Below are positions 28,095-40,851 of a DNA stretch of 64,000 nucleotides, piece after piece. How positions within the stretch are numbered: the stretch's first letter is position 1; every line of letters starts with the position of its first letter. The notes beneath the pieces were generated by a model. It saw nothing but the letters and a program-made list of their open reading frames with translations. It made no database searches and was not told where the DNA came from. A program made the position numbers and the translations under genes. Source of the stretch: Eledone cirrhosa (taxonomy: Eukaryota); contig OZ024740.1 in assembly GCA_964016885.1 (NCBI GenBank), positions 273,482,001 to 273,546,000 of the forward strand, in the 5' to 3' direction.

Positions 28095-28240
28095 CTTTAT
28101 TTAGCTATTGCTCGCATCAACTGGAGGTATATGACTTCTAAAGCGATGAAATACCAATGAAGGTTGGAAAAACACTGATGAAGGACTATTTTTATCATAT
28201 GTAACCCATGTACAACCACGCAGTATTCTTTCTTCTCATG
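28095..28240 (+). repeat. Diverged inverted fragment of the 620-bp unit at 31773-32976
   Basis: ttagctattgctcgcatcaactggaggtatatga..ctgatgaaggac..catatgtaacccat matches the reverse complement of 31781-31915. Confidence 0.7.
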
Positions 28241-28335
<95 letters not shown>

Positions 28336-28961
28336 CATATATGTGAGTGTGTGTGTGTATTGGTATGTCTGCATTTGTGCGCGCGTGAGTATATATATAT
28401 GAGTATAGTTATTCATGTAAAGGAAAGGTTTGTTGATCAATTAATCGACGGCTGTATCGTAAGCATTGTAAGCATTCAACGATGTGGATCCCTTATATTA
28501 TTAGCTAAAAGGTATCAGAGGGAGCGTCAATATTATGAAGAAGAGAGAGTATTTTATTATATAATCCTGTTATGTGCATTTCAAGGACATAACATTGATT
28601 GCTTGATAACCCTTTGACGTGTTGTCATAGGGCAAGTGTTAAGTTGCGAAAATGTAAAGTAACGCAGGAGTCATTTAAGTTCGGACGAATATATTTCAAG
28701 TTTCCGCTTAGTTGAATAGCATGTTCGTTCTTCTAGCCATAGACCTAAACTCTTCTAACAGCTATTATTTACCTGATCGTACTGATGCCAGCATTTATTT
28801 TAACCATCTATCTCCCGTTGAGCCATAAGTTACACAAATTCAAGCGTGAACCTAGGTGCATACCCCCACACACAAACATACATATACCCATAAACACTCT
28901 CACACACATACACACAAACACACACACACACACACACAAGCACATAGACGCACACACATAG

Positions 28962-29000
<39 letters not shown>

Positions 29001-29003
<3 letters not shown>

Positions 29004-29640
29004 CAAAAGTATATATTGAGTTAGAAACTCAAAGTAGTCTTTTACAATTAAATAGCTCAATGAAAAAAACATTTCCGGGCAGTGTAACATAATTCAATAA
29101 ACAGATATATACATATATGTGTTCAAATCGAAAGGGATCAGATTCGCTAGGGGGAATAGGATACTAACTAGGAACAATACGGTTTGTCAGACTCAATTTA
29201 AAGGAATAAATTAAGAAAAAGTACAGACCGAAATTGTGACAACTATCAACTGTACATCCAGACAGCTTTTGGTAAAACTTTTTTGCAATCTAGTGAAGGG
29301 AATTACCAATTCTATTGCTCGTCAGTGGATGTGCGAATTAATAAAACCTTTCAATTCTAGGTTTCTTAGAAGACTAAATGAGGCGCGTGTTTAAAATAAC
29401 GCACATGGCATTCGGTGCCTAGCTTGTCTCGTAAAACGCATAGTACTAAAAATAGCAGCCAGGTTCACTCGACATTTAAATATGGTCTACAAATCCAAGG
29501 AGCCGAAATTATCAAAGGTATATATTGAGTTAGAAACTCAATATATACTCAAGGAAAAAATGTGTTTTCCGGGCCGTACGATTTGAACACATATACGTAT
29601 ATATCTGTGTTTATCTCTCTTTATTATATTGAATTATATA
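29001..29640. mobile_element. TA-embedded element with both a direct terminal repeat (~29002 and ~29511) and an inverted segment (~29092-29130 / 29579-29636)
   Basis: atcaaa(a/g)gtatatattgagttagaaactcaa twice; cagatatatacatatatgtgttcaaatcg vs cgatttgaacacatatacgtatatatctg. Confidence 0.65.
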
Positions 29641-29699
29641 TATATCAATGAATTATATATATATCAATGAATTATATATATATCAAAGTTTGAAGGGCA

Positions 29700-29821
29700 T
29701 CCACTGATGATTTATAAGTGCCAACCTGCATATGTTCTTACAGAAAATTATGTAGGCTTCTACATAAACCGGATACATTCTCCCAACTTGTAGAAAACTT
29801 ATAATGAAACAATTGTATGGA
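29700..29821 (+). ncRNA. Type I hammerhead ribozyme, intact core, extended stem II
   Basis: tcca CTGATGA t ttataagt (77-nt insert) acttataa t GAAA caattg TA tgga; stem III palindrome ACAATTGT, predicted cut after 29817. Confidence 0.8.
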
Positions 29822-30020
29822 AAGAGAGATATATTTTAATTTTAATTATATCTCATATAAACTAATACAACTGGCTTTCCACAAAATACATATAGTTAGC
29901 ACCCCAAAAACAAAATTGGGATTATACTAAGGTATATCCTAATGTTTGTTGTGTGAGATGGTAGCCAGTCAGAGTTTAGCTTAAAGCTATCTCTGTTATT
30001 GTATTAAATTATATATATAT

Positions 30021-30716
30021 ATACACATTTTAGTACAGCATTAACGAAGCTTTAGTTTGCGGCCAAGCTAACGAATGCAAATTCGGTATGTAGATTTAGC
30101 ACTCGAATGGGAATAGTACCCCAGAGTAATAACAATACGTTTAGACAGCTTAGCAAATCAAATATAGCAATCGGCAGCCCAGCCGCATTACCACAGCAAC
30201 GAGATTTTAGACTGACATAGACATAACGGTGAGACCGAATGCAACATATAATGCATATGGTATAGCATACGATATACATCACATACAGCACACAACATCA
30301 GTGCCAGTTTTTCTGCAAATCCAAGATCGACAAATTCCGCTTGCAGGGGTCTGCAAGTTAATGGTCTTTGAAGACAGAACAAAGGATTTACTTCTTCAAC
30401 AAGACTTGTGTCTTTTGCCTCTCCGGATATGTTCTAGCAGTAAATTTCGCAATAGACACGTGGTTTTCTCCAAGGGAGGTAACCCCGTTCAGGCGGTGAA
30501 TTCGAAATTTGAGACAAAGGAATGAAATTCCCTTACACAAATCGAATTAAGGACTCAAGCAGAAGTTATCAAACAAACATAAACAATTAATCAATCAATA
30601 GAATTATCTAATTAAATTAATCAGTTAATCGTTAATCTAGGAGTTCAAATACAAATTTTAGTACAGCATTAACGAAGCTTTAGTTTGCGGCCAAGCTAAC
30701 GAATGCAAATTCGATA
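30021..30716. mobile_element. 628-bp unit with ~65-bp direct terminal repeat in (TA)n
   Basis: attttagtacagcattaacgaagctttagtttgcggccaagctaacgaatgcaaattcg at 30027 and 30655. Confidence 0.8.
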
Positions 30717-30826
30717 TATATATAGTTTTAATATAGATGAGATTCTACAGGACTAGCACTGTTTGATTCTTTAGAAATCATCAGGAATATGGCTGTCCAA
30801 AATAAATGTTGTATATATATACACAC

Positions 30827-30857
<31 letters not shown>

Positions 30858-30916
30858 TATATATACACATACACAGACATATATACATATATATACATAT
30901 ATATATATACGCACAC

Positions 30917-30947
<31 letters not shown>

Positions 30948-31225
30948 CACATATACACATATATACACATCACACACATATATATACATATACATATATA
31001 CATATATACATATATATACATTTACACATATATATACATATATATACACATATTTACACACCTATATATATATATATATGTATACATATATATATATATA
31101 CATATATACATATACACACACATATACACATACATATGCATATATACATACATATACATATATATATACACATATACATATACACACACACATACACATA
31201 CATACATACATATACACATACATAC

Positions 31226-31300
<75 letters not shown>

Positions 31301-31379
31301 GTATATATATATAATATATATATATACATATATATATATATATTATATATATATATATATATATAATATTAATTCAAAA

Positions 31380-31760
31380 TATTAACAAAATAGATATTCT
31401 TGTGATCAAGTATATTTTATTACACATATTTCAGAGGTACTGAGTTAAGTTCAACAGTACGTCCTCATCAGATCAAATAAAATGATGCATGACATACCCT
31501 GACATAGTAGATGGTTCAGATTCAGTCATGGTAGTGAGTAATATATGACAAAACTCAATATTTATATCCTAATATTGAGAACATGAGATAAATATATAAT
31601 ACAAACAATAGAGAGGGTGCGTTTAATACAGCTTAAAAAATACATGGCATCAATATAACAGTAAAAAAAAAGTGGAAAACCGTTTTCCAGTTGAGTGTTT
31701 CTAATCTATTGTAAAACTCATTCTTTGATGTATTCATTGAACCTTGTTTAACTTTTAAAT
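31380..31760 (-). mobile_element. PLE pLTR-like element with hammerhead core; same family as 49441-49750
   Basis: Minus: CTGATGA ggacgtactg..cagtacctct GAAA tatgtg; both ends align with the 49.4-kb copy. Confidence 0.6.
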
Positions 31761-31772
31761 ATATATATATAT

Positions 31773-32976
31773 AAATATATGATAATAATGGAGCTGCGGC
31801 GCTGCAAATGGGTTACATATGAAAAAGTTTGTCTTCATCAGTGGCCTTCCAACCGTCGTAGGCATTTCGTCGCATTAAAGGCCATATACCTCAGGTTGGT
31901 GCGAGCAACGGCTAAAAAAAGTCGTTGGGACACGTAAATAGGGGTACGCTAGGGTAAACAAACAAAATAGTTTAAGCAACAGAAAGTGATGAAGAAGAAA
32001 CAAGTCCCAGATTTCTATGAATATAAATTCGGTGGAATCGTGAACGAGAGAATAAAGACCATCAATCCTGGTTTAAATGTGAGCAGGGAAGAAATTTCGC
32101 ACAGGTCTAACGGGAGGAAGAAGGGGTCTGGTCTGCGAATTCGGTAAACATAAGTTCTGTGAAGTCGCAGACGAGAGAGAGAGAAAAAAAATTCATACCG
32201 GCTTGGCCAAGTGCCCGCGAGAAAAGGATTACGGACAGGTCAAACGGGAAGAAAGTGGAGGAGGAGAGGTAGTGACAGAGAGTGAGTGAGTGAAAGGTGA
32301 GGAAGAGGCTAACAGAGAGAGAGAGACTGCTAGAAAGGGTAAAGACACAAAGAACGAAACAGACTGGTGGCAGCGGAGGAAAAAATATATGTGTAAATAT
32401 GATAATAATGGAACTGCGGCGCTGCAAATGGGTTACATATCAAAAAGTTTGTCCTCATCAGCGGCCTTCCAACCGTCGTAGGCATTTCGTCGCATTAAAG
32501 GCCATATAACTCAGGTTGGTGCGAGCAACGGCTAAAAAAAGTCGTTGGGACACGTAAATAAGGGGGACGCTAGGATAAACAAACAAAATGGTTTAAGCAA
32601 CAGAAAGTGATGAAGAAGAAGCAAGTCCCAGAATTCTATGAATATAAATTCGGTGGAATCGTGAACGAGAGAATAAAGACCATCAAACCTGGTTGAAATT
32701 TGAGCAAGGAAGGAATTTCGCACAGGTCTAACGGGAGGAAGAAGGGGTCTGGTCTGCGAATTCGGTAAACATAAGTTCCGTGAAGTCGCAGACGAGAGAA
32801 AGAGAAAAAAAATTCATACCGGCTTGGCCAAGTACCCGCGAGAAAAGGATTACGGACAGGTCAAACGGGAAGAAAGTGGAGGAGGAGAGGTAATGACAGA
32901 GAGTGAGTGAGTGAAAGGTGAGGAAGAGGCTAACAGAGAGAGAGAGACTGCTAGAAAGGGTAAAGACACAAAGAAC
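31773..32976. repeat. Head-to-tail tandem of a 620-bp unit (~1.9 copies, highly similar) between (TA)n tracts
   Basis: gataataatgga.ctgcggcgctgcaaatggg at 31781 and 32401; continuous similarity to agacacaaagaac. Confidence 0.95.
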
Positions 32977-33034
<58 letters not shown>

Positions 33035-33035
33035 G

Positions 33036-33142
33036 TCAGTTATTCCGGGTAGAATCGGAGGTAACCACAGTAAGTAAGGTACTCAATACATATATATATA
33101 CACACACACACACATATATATACACACACACATATATATATA

Positions 33143-33190
<48 letters not shown>

Positions 33191-33563
33191 AACATACACA
33201 TACATGCCCATATGCAGGTACATATGAACGCACGTTCACACAACGATATGCATACAAACGAACGGCCACTCATACAAATACATACAAACATGTACTCATA
33301 AATATACGCATATACACAGACACATAAAAACAGCACTACAAGCAGATAATGCAGACAAGTAAGAGGTACTTACATAACCATAGTGCCGTGTTTCAGGTTG
33401 AGAAGGGGTAGGGGTAGGGTGTGAAGTAGGTAGAGGGGCTATTTTGTCGGGTGGCGTTTAAAAAAAAAGAAAAAAAAAGAAGTCGTTCTTATACGTTTTA
33501 TACTCTGCTATGTATTGAGTACCTTACTTACTGTGGTTACCTCCGATTCAACCCGGTATAACT
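33036..33563. repeat. ~55-bp inverted arms enclosing microsatellite-rich spacer
   Basis: gttattccgggtagaatcggaggtaaccacagtaagtaaggtactcaatacata vs tatgtattgagtaccttacttactgtggttacctccgattcaacccggtataac. Confidence 0.8.
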
Positions 33564-33621
<58 letters not shown>

Positions 33622-33624
<3 letters not shown>

Positions 33625-34090
33625 GTAGATGATTATTCTGGATGCAGTAATGGTTAATTACTAGGTTGGATAGAGTTGACGTACGGTGAGAGGCTACTCA
33701 ACGAGTTATGGAAGAATTATTGAAGAAACTTAGTTCCTGATCCTTCTATATTCGGGAGTGTAGATAAAGAATGAATAATAACAGGTAGACATCATAAAAA
33801 GGTAATTTATTCTGTGTGCTTACAAATGTTTCCACGATGGTTATACAGCCTAGTTATGCTATGTGCAAATTTATAACTATTTGCAAATCTCAATTATCAA
33901 ATGCTCTGACTACTGTATCATCAGAGCAGAATGGTTAAATTGTACAATGTAAATACGCAAATGTACAATGCAAATAGTTATAAATTTGCACATAGCATAA
34001 CTAGGCTGTATAACTACCGTGGTAACATTTGTAAACACACAGAATAAAATACCTTTTTATGATGTCTACCTGTTATTATTCATTCTTTAT
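33622..34090 (-). mobile_element. Fold-back mini-element (arms ~33765-33885 / 33969-34090, unpaired tail 33622-33764) containing a hammerhead at 33817-33928 (minus)
   Basis: Minus: tgct CTGATGA tacag..ctgta..GAAA catttg TA agca; arms nearly complementary. Confidence 0.75.
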
Positions 34091-34121
34091 ATATATATAT
34101 GTGTGTATATATATATATACA

Positions 34122-34171
<50 letters not shown>

Positions 34172-37100
34172 TGTGTGTGTATGTGTGCGTGTCTGTGTGT
34201 GTCTGCGTGAAGGTAATCAAGTACGTCATAGTTTTCTGTCAATGTATGTTACAATTCACGTTTCAGTTCATATATACGACAACATCATTGCATAATCAAA
34301 CACACTTTACATTGCAGTCTGGAACACCGATGGTATAATCAGAATAGTACTCTCTCTCCTCAAACCCACACTTACACACAAACAAAAACACACATACATA
34401 CTCATACATACTCATACACACACATACGTGTCTCTTTAGTGTGTGACGTAACTTAACAAATCTAACCACTTGTTCTATTGCAAAATTATAAATGTTTATG
34501 CCACTCGGATACCCGAACGATTTTATAAGTGACTACTATTGGTTTTATGTAGTTAAATAAATGATATATAGTATTACTGCATGGTTCAACAGGGAATTTC
34601 GAGCCACATTCTTAAGTAATTAAGTACTCATTTCTAGAAATTATCTTAATTCTAACCTTAATATTACCACTAAACCTAACTTTAGTCTAACCTTAACGAA
34701 AACCTTAAACCATATCCCTTACAATAACCTTAAAATTAACTTTAGAATTACACCTTCTCCTGACATAACCTCTAATGTCAATGTTAACTTCATCCTAACT
34801 ACGGCCCTTTATCTAACTGTAAATGTAACCTAAAATCTATCCGTAACCCTTATTCAAATATAGATGATCTGAAAGAAGTAAAAGAGTTCGGGAAGGGATT
34901 TTCATCCAGATACTATATCCATTCAACCCTTTTTGTGATCATATACCTGGCATGTAATTACTCGCTAACTCTCTAGAGACATAATCTTGTATTCTATCGG
35001 GGACCCTTTAATTTTAGCCTCGTACTAAACGTCGAAGGTTCTCTTCTCCCGTAGCAATGCTCAATCAATTATAATCTGAGCCAAACAGGTAGAACAACCT
35101 CTTCATCATGTTAAAAATGTCCCACTTTCGAAAGTTGGTTGATATTGAACATATTTAGGTACATCTTGTAGAAAAACAAGCTTCATTTGACCAATTTTAA
35201 TGTTGTCTCAAATTATCTATGATTCTCTCTTTTGTAACTACCTATCTGTCTTTACGTCTTAGTTTCATTACTTGATCTAGTAACTAAATCCTTAATAATT
35301 TTCTCTCACTAGTGCAGTTGTACTTGGCCGTGCTATAATACATGTCTTCCAATTTAATTTCTATTTTTATTCCCCTCAGAATATTTACATTGTAAACATA
35401 AGCTTTTGCAAGAAATAGGTTCATAAATTGTTTTTTATGACTACATTATTTGGTATTATTCCATATATGTTTGTTTTTTTATTTCTATATTTTATAAAGA
35501 AAAATAAAAACTAAAACCAACTATAACACAACTACTAACTTTTTGTCAAAATATTCGTGTAGTAAAGCAATAGTCTTCCTGGTGGAAGCCCAGCAGATAA
35601 TAACACTATAAACACGAGACTAATAACTAATAAAGGATGTGGCTGTATGTAATGATTTTGTGTTTTTTTTATGGTTTTCTTATGTTTTATAGTTTTGTTT
35701 AAAGGATTATTTTCTATGCTACTAATCTTAATGATATCGGATAATGAATGAGGTATTTATAGAAGAGTTCTACCACTGCTTAAAAAAACCAATCAAAGAA
35801 AGAAAGAAGTGGAGATTTTTCAGCACTCAACAAAAATATTCAAAAGTTATCTGAATATGATTATGGTGTTATGGTTCAATCACTCTTATAACAACTAATT
35901 GAAGAGAAATACAAACACAGTCACACACACTTGGACACATATACACATCAAACGTAGCTACACATTCAATTGATTCTTTAGATTCTCCAAACTATTGTTA
36001 AGCTACAATACTAATAAGAAGAGTGCTATGTTTTGATTGGACTATTAAACTCATATACCGAGTCACAATTGACTTTCCTCCCGGCCGGATTTTAAGTGGT
36101 TTCTCCCCCCCCATTCACTCTCTCTCTTTCTCAGATTCTGTGACTCTCTCTATATCTCTGTCTCTGTCTATTAGTGTGTCTCTCTCTCTCTCTCTCTCAA
36201 AATCTCTTTCCATTTATCCGTCTGCCTGTCAATCACTCTCTCTTTCTCACCCCTCACTCTCTTCTTCTCTCTCCATATATGTACATATATATATATTTCT
36301 ACTATACTTCATGTTCAAAGAAAATATAACTGATTTTCTAAAATATATTTTTAGAGTGTTTTACTCATATTAATCTGAACGCAGGGATATTCTCTATTTA
36401 TGTCAAACTCTTTCTAGAATACAACTAAAATGCACAGTTTAATTTGGATGACGAGCATTAGTTAAGCAGAAACTAGGTTTCTAACTTACAAGCCTCGCTG
36501 TGAAAAGAAAGAATGATAAAGATGCTTTCCTCTATTCCTTCTCTGTGCAGAAAAATATACCCTCATATATTTAGACTGGCCATATCAATTATGGTCTACA
36601 ACATATTTGACATAACTTGTGTGTATCTCCTGGGGAGTCGGAGGGGCACCATATTGACATATGGCGTTTTTAGGGTACCTTTTAAACCAGGTACGAATAA
36701 AGCAGATTTCTCCCAGAAGGGTATAAAGAGTGAGAGAAAGGAAGTGAGAGAGGGGTATAGAGAAAGAAGCGAATCCAGTACTTTTTTATCGACTTTAAAT
36801 GGATGAAAGGCAGAGGTGAATTCGGTGGGATTTGAAATCAGGGAGCATAGAGTCGGAAGGAATACGGCAAAGCATTATATCTGCTAAAATGCCACCTTTC
36901 ACATAACTTATTAGGGCTACAATATATCTTTATATAGTGAATCATTAGTGTAGACGAAATCTCAGAAAGTTGAAAAGGTAATGTATGTTTCTATGTACAG
37001 ACGAAACAATGGTTATATTCCTTTTTTCAAGCACTGGCTCAGATTTAGACAATCTTAGTTATTTTCGTAAGTATGCTATACATTAACATATGTATAAATA

Positions 37101-37348
37101 AAGGTTCATAAACTTAACATATATACACGACCTTAGGTTTCGGGGTTCAGTTATGGACACGACTGTATAGGGGAGAAGTTTCTACAAAACTGGCCACACT
37201 CATTCAGCGCCCAGACAAAAATATAGGTATTATTTCTCTTGCAATAGATAGAGCGTTGCTTTCCTAGAACTTTTATCTACGGTTATCCATTACAGACACG
37301 CATACACACGCACACACACACACACACACATATGTAGATATATAGTAA

Positions 37349-37585
37349 GGGCGCGTGGCTGAGTAGTGAGAGAATTTGATTCACAATCGCGGACCTGGCG
37401 ATGCATTATGTCCTTGAGCACGACACATTATTTCACGCTGCTCCTTCAGCCTGGATTTGCGACCGACAAGTATTATTAGCAATTGGAAAGGCCAAGGGAA
37501 ACAATATTTCCTCAATCCAATTTTATGAGCCCCCCCCCCCCCCCCCCTCCCCTACTCGTTAAGCGAATGAGATCTGTCATCTTAA
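37349..37585 (+). mobile_element. tRNA-derived SINE, family B
   Basis: ggcgcgtggctgagtagtgagag..tgtccttgagcacgacacatta..gcgaccga..gcaattggaaaggcca. Confidence 0.75.
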
Positions 37586-38048
37586 CGATCGACTGTCTTT
37601 AGATATATATATTATTCAGTTGAGGGAAGTTGGTTGATCAAAAATCTTCCGACTTTTTCGTAAACAGACTTGAAGCACTCTACGATTTGTATTCCTTATG
37701 ATGTCTCTGTAAGATATCAACTGGAGTTTTAGTATAATGACTAAGAGAGACAGATTTTATTGTCTAATTCCAGATAATAAAATATACGAATAAAACCGAC
37801 TCACTTATTATAAATACGGGTGTCTGTTTGTGTTTTGCTCAATCTGTGACTGTGTCTACTTATGTTAAAAAAACAGGTATCAAGGAAATAAGTAATGGTA
37901 TCAATAAAAAGGTAATGGTATCAATAAAAAGGTAATGGTATCAATAAAAAGATCTTCAGATATCTGACGATCTTTCCTCGAGCTGATCGACGGACAAATA
38001 TATGTAATATGTTAAATGTGAGATGATGCAACACTGGTTCCCCGTTCT

Positions 38049-38104
<56 letters not shown>

Positions 38105-38111
<7 letters not shown>

Positions 38112-38661
38112 AATTAGTATATCTACCAACATATATATACAGATGCATACCTATGCTAGCAAATATATAGATTTGTCTTAGTAACTTTGTGGTTCAATGC
38201 AAGGGGATGCAGAACAATTATATGAAAGATGTAAAATAAGAAAATTATAGAAATTAACTTACTTACTAAAATTTCACTCCAACTAATTAGTTTCTGAAAG
38301 GGAATAAACGTGGTTTCCGATGGAAAGCATGGAGAAACCTTTCGTCATCAGGAAGTTCGTCTCAGCTAAGTTACCAGGCGATGCGTGGACACAGGGAATT
38401 TATACAAAAATAATTAAGTGGATGGAAAAATTAGTCCACACTTGCTTTTTTCCATCCACTGAATTATTTTTGTATAAGTTCGCTGTGTCCACGTATCGCC
38501 TGGTAACTTAGCTGAGAACGAACTTCTTGATGACGAAAAAGGTTTCTCCATGCTTTCCATTCGGAAACTACGTTTATTCCCTTTCAGAAACTAATTAGTT
38601 GGAGTGAAATTTTAGTAAATAAGTTAATTTCTATAATTTTCTTATTTTACGTCTTTCATAT
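38105..38661. mobile_element. Fold-back mini-element (~210-bp arms 38220-38430 / 38446-38661, unpaired tail 38105-38219) with hammerhead-like core
   Basis: Arms complementary with scattered mismatches; cctgatgacgaaagg..cggaaac core; second copy at 58940-59360. Confidence 0.9.
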
Positions 38662-38681
38662 ATATATATATATATATATAT

Positions 38682-38959
38682 CAAGTAAGTATGTTTTGAA
38701 ACAGTGAGCGAGTTTGAAATTAGAAAATATATAGCTTTCACCGTATTTTTAACTAAAGGAATTTAGCTTGATAACGGGGTTTAGAACCCTCAGATAAATG
38801 GAAAAAGATGAGTATTGACGTACATAGGAGTCGAACCGACATCTGTGGTTATCGCGACCACTGTGCTACCATTACACCAACACATCACCCATCTCTTTCC
38901 ATTCAAATTAAAAACTACATTCTTAGCGAGTTTAAATGGCAGGTAAGTATGTTTTAGAA

Positions 38960-38962
<3 letters not shown>
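38682..38962 (-). mobile_element. tRNA-like cloverleaf (38817-38887, minus) in a unit with a short direct terminal repeat; relative of the 7000-7070 sequence
   Basis: Minus: gatgtgt tggtgtaatggtagcac a gtggt cgcgata accac agat gtcgg ttcgact cctat gtacgtc; gtaagtatgtttt.gaaaca at ~38685 and ~38943. Confidence 0.6.
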
Positions 38963-38997
<35 letters not shown>

Positions 38998-39520
38998 GCA
39001 TATATATATATATGTATGTATTTATATATATATATGTATATAAAAACGCATATGTATATACATATGAAATGCACCAGGTGTGTGTGAGTTTGTACGTATT
39101 TTAAATGAGAATTAATGGACACAAATGGCCATAGTAGTAGTTGATCCTCATACATACTATTGAGATCAACGAGTGAAGATGGCTATACATTTTTTCCCGT
39201 CTCGATGGGTACTTCACACTTTTAATCATTTATCTATCCATTTGACCGGTTGAGGCGCTCATGGGGGCACCGAAAATATCGCTAGCGTTTCTATAGTCAG
39301 CTTTCCTTGATTGCTGCTCTTATTTGTGCTTAGTCTCGTTCTGTGAGTCCATATGATGCGTTGGTTAGCTGAATGTGAAGATGTTTTATAAAAATATCTA
39401 CTTCCACACCCTGTTTTCATATCAATATATTTGAAATACTTGAATGGCCAATTAAGTTGAGACGTTCACATTCGAAATTTCAAATGTATTTTTCTACTGC
39501 TTCATAAGCCAAACATTTTG

Positions 39521-39597
<77 letters not shown>

Positions 39598-39689
39598 TTT
39601 ATTAAAATAATATTATAGTTCTTATATATTTGATATATATTAATCCTTATCGAGACTTCTTTGGATTTTAGTCTTCACATTTATTATTA

Positions 39690-39720
<31 letters not shown>

Positions 39721-39721
<1 letters not shown>

Positions 39722-40364
39722 ACGAAGGAAATGTGGTAAGGAACCAGGTGGACCATAACGCACAAAAGTACTCAATACTTGAGGTAGTAGAGTGGGTAAT
39801 AGGAACCAGTAAGACCCGGACAGCTGAGCTCAAGCCGTTTCGACGGCTAATTCTGGACTAAATGAAAATTTATCCTGGTATTTAAATAGCCGATCTTCTC
39901 AAGGGGTAATTCCATATATGGTCAAAGTGATTGTCAAAAATCAGTAGTAATTCTGTGGTTGCAAATTAGTAGGGGAGATGGTGGCTAAACCTGCCAGTAG
40001 GAGAAAGAGGGAAGGGGGTGGAGTAGCCCCAATCAAGCGTTTGTAGTGCCAGCTACAGCTGGGCATGAGGTCAAAGAAGATACTGTTTCTTCTTTGACCT
40101 CATGCCCAGCTGTAGCTGGCACTACAAACCCTTGATTGCGGCTACTCCACCCCCTCCCCTCTTTCTCCTACTGGCAGGTTTAGCCACCATCTCCCCTACT
40201 AATTTGCAACCACAGAATTACTACTGATTTTTGACAATCACTTTGACCATATATGGAATTACCCCTTGAGAAGATCGGCTATTTAAATAACAGGATAAAT
40301 TTTCATTTAGTCCAGAATTAGCCGTCGAAACGGCTTGAGCTCAGCTGTCGGGGTCTTACTGGTT

Positions 40365-40369
<5 letters not shown>
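39721..40369. mobile_element. Fold-back mini-element (~280-bp arms 39799-40080 / 40088-40369, unpaired tail 39721-39798)
   Basis: Near-perfect inverted repeat with a few mismatches; family members at 44075-44276 and 59372-59570. Confidence 0.95.
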
Positions 40370-40408
<39 letters not shown>

Positions 40409-40411
<3 letters not shown>

Positions 40412-40851
40412 CCTTGCTTTTATCGAGAATCTAATTGTAATACGTGACGTATTCTATTCTATTCTATTCTATAGCGATTAGGTCTTCAAAATGTTTATTA
40501 TAAACATACAGAATATTTTCGAATATTCTATGTCTATCTTCACATATATATCGCTATTTCAGAGCATTTATTACAATTTCTAATTTCTGCCGGACCGGCA
40601 ACCGCTCTTTCAAACCAGTTCCTGTACACAGCTAAGTATTCTATAAGTCTCTAGCTGTGTCATTCTCGATAAAAAGCACTGGATATGTAATCCTGAAGAT
40701 TTCTAACAAGAATGAAACGCGTAGGTTACTTCCCTTGCTTTTATCGAGAATCTAATTGTAATACGTGACGTATTCTATTCTATAGCGATTAGGTCTTCAA
40801 AATGTTTATTATAAACATTCAGAATATTTTCGAATATTCTATGTCTATCTT

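Noticed and set aside
28140-28185. SECIS-like ATGA..AA..TGA
   Set aside because: The stem is too short and the motif is not kept in the 620-bp relatives.
30745-30790. CTGATGA motif on minus shared with ~48820-48862
   Set aside because: The repeat is real but there is no GAAA or stem III, so it is not called a ribozyme.
34645-34852. Degenerate TAACC(T/C) run resembling telomeric repeat
   Set aside because: Too degenerate; more likely internal to an old transposon.
37877-37950. 20-bp tandem repeats as a CRISPR-like array
   Set aside because: No spacers, eukaryotic context; simple minisatellite.
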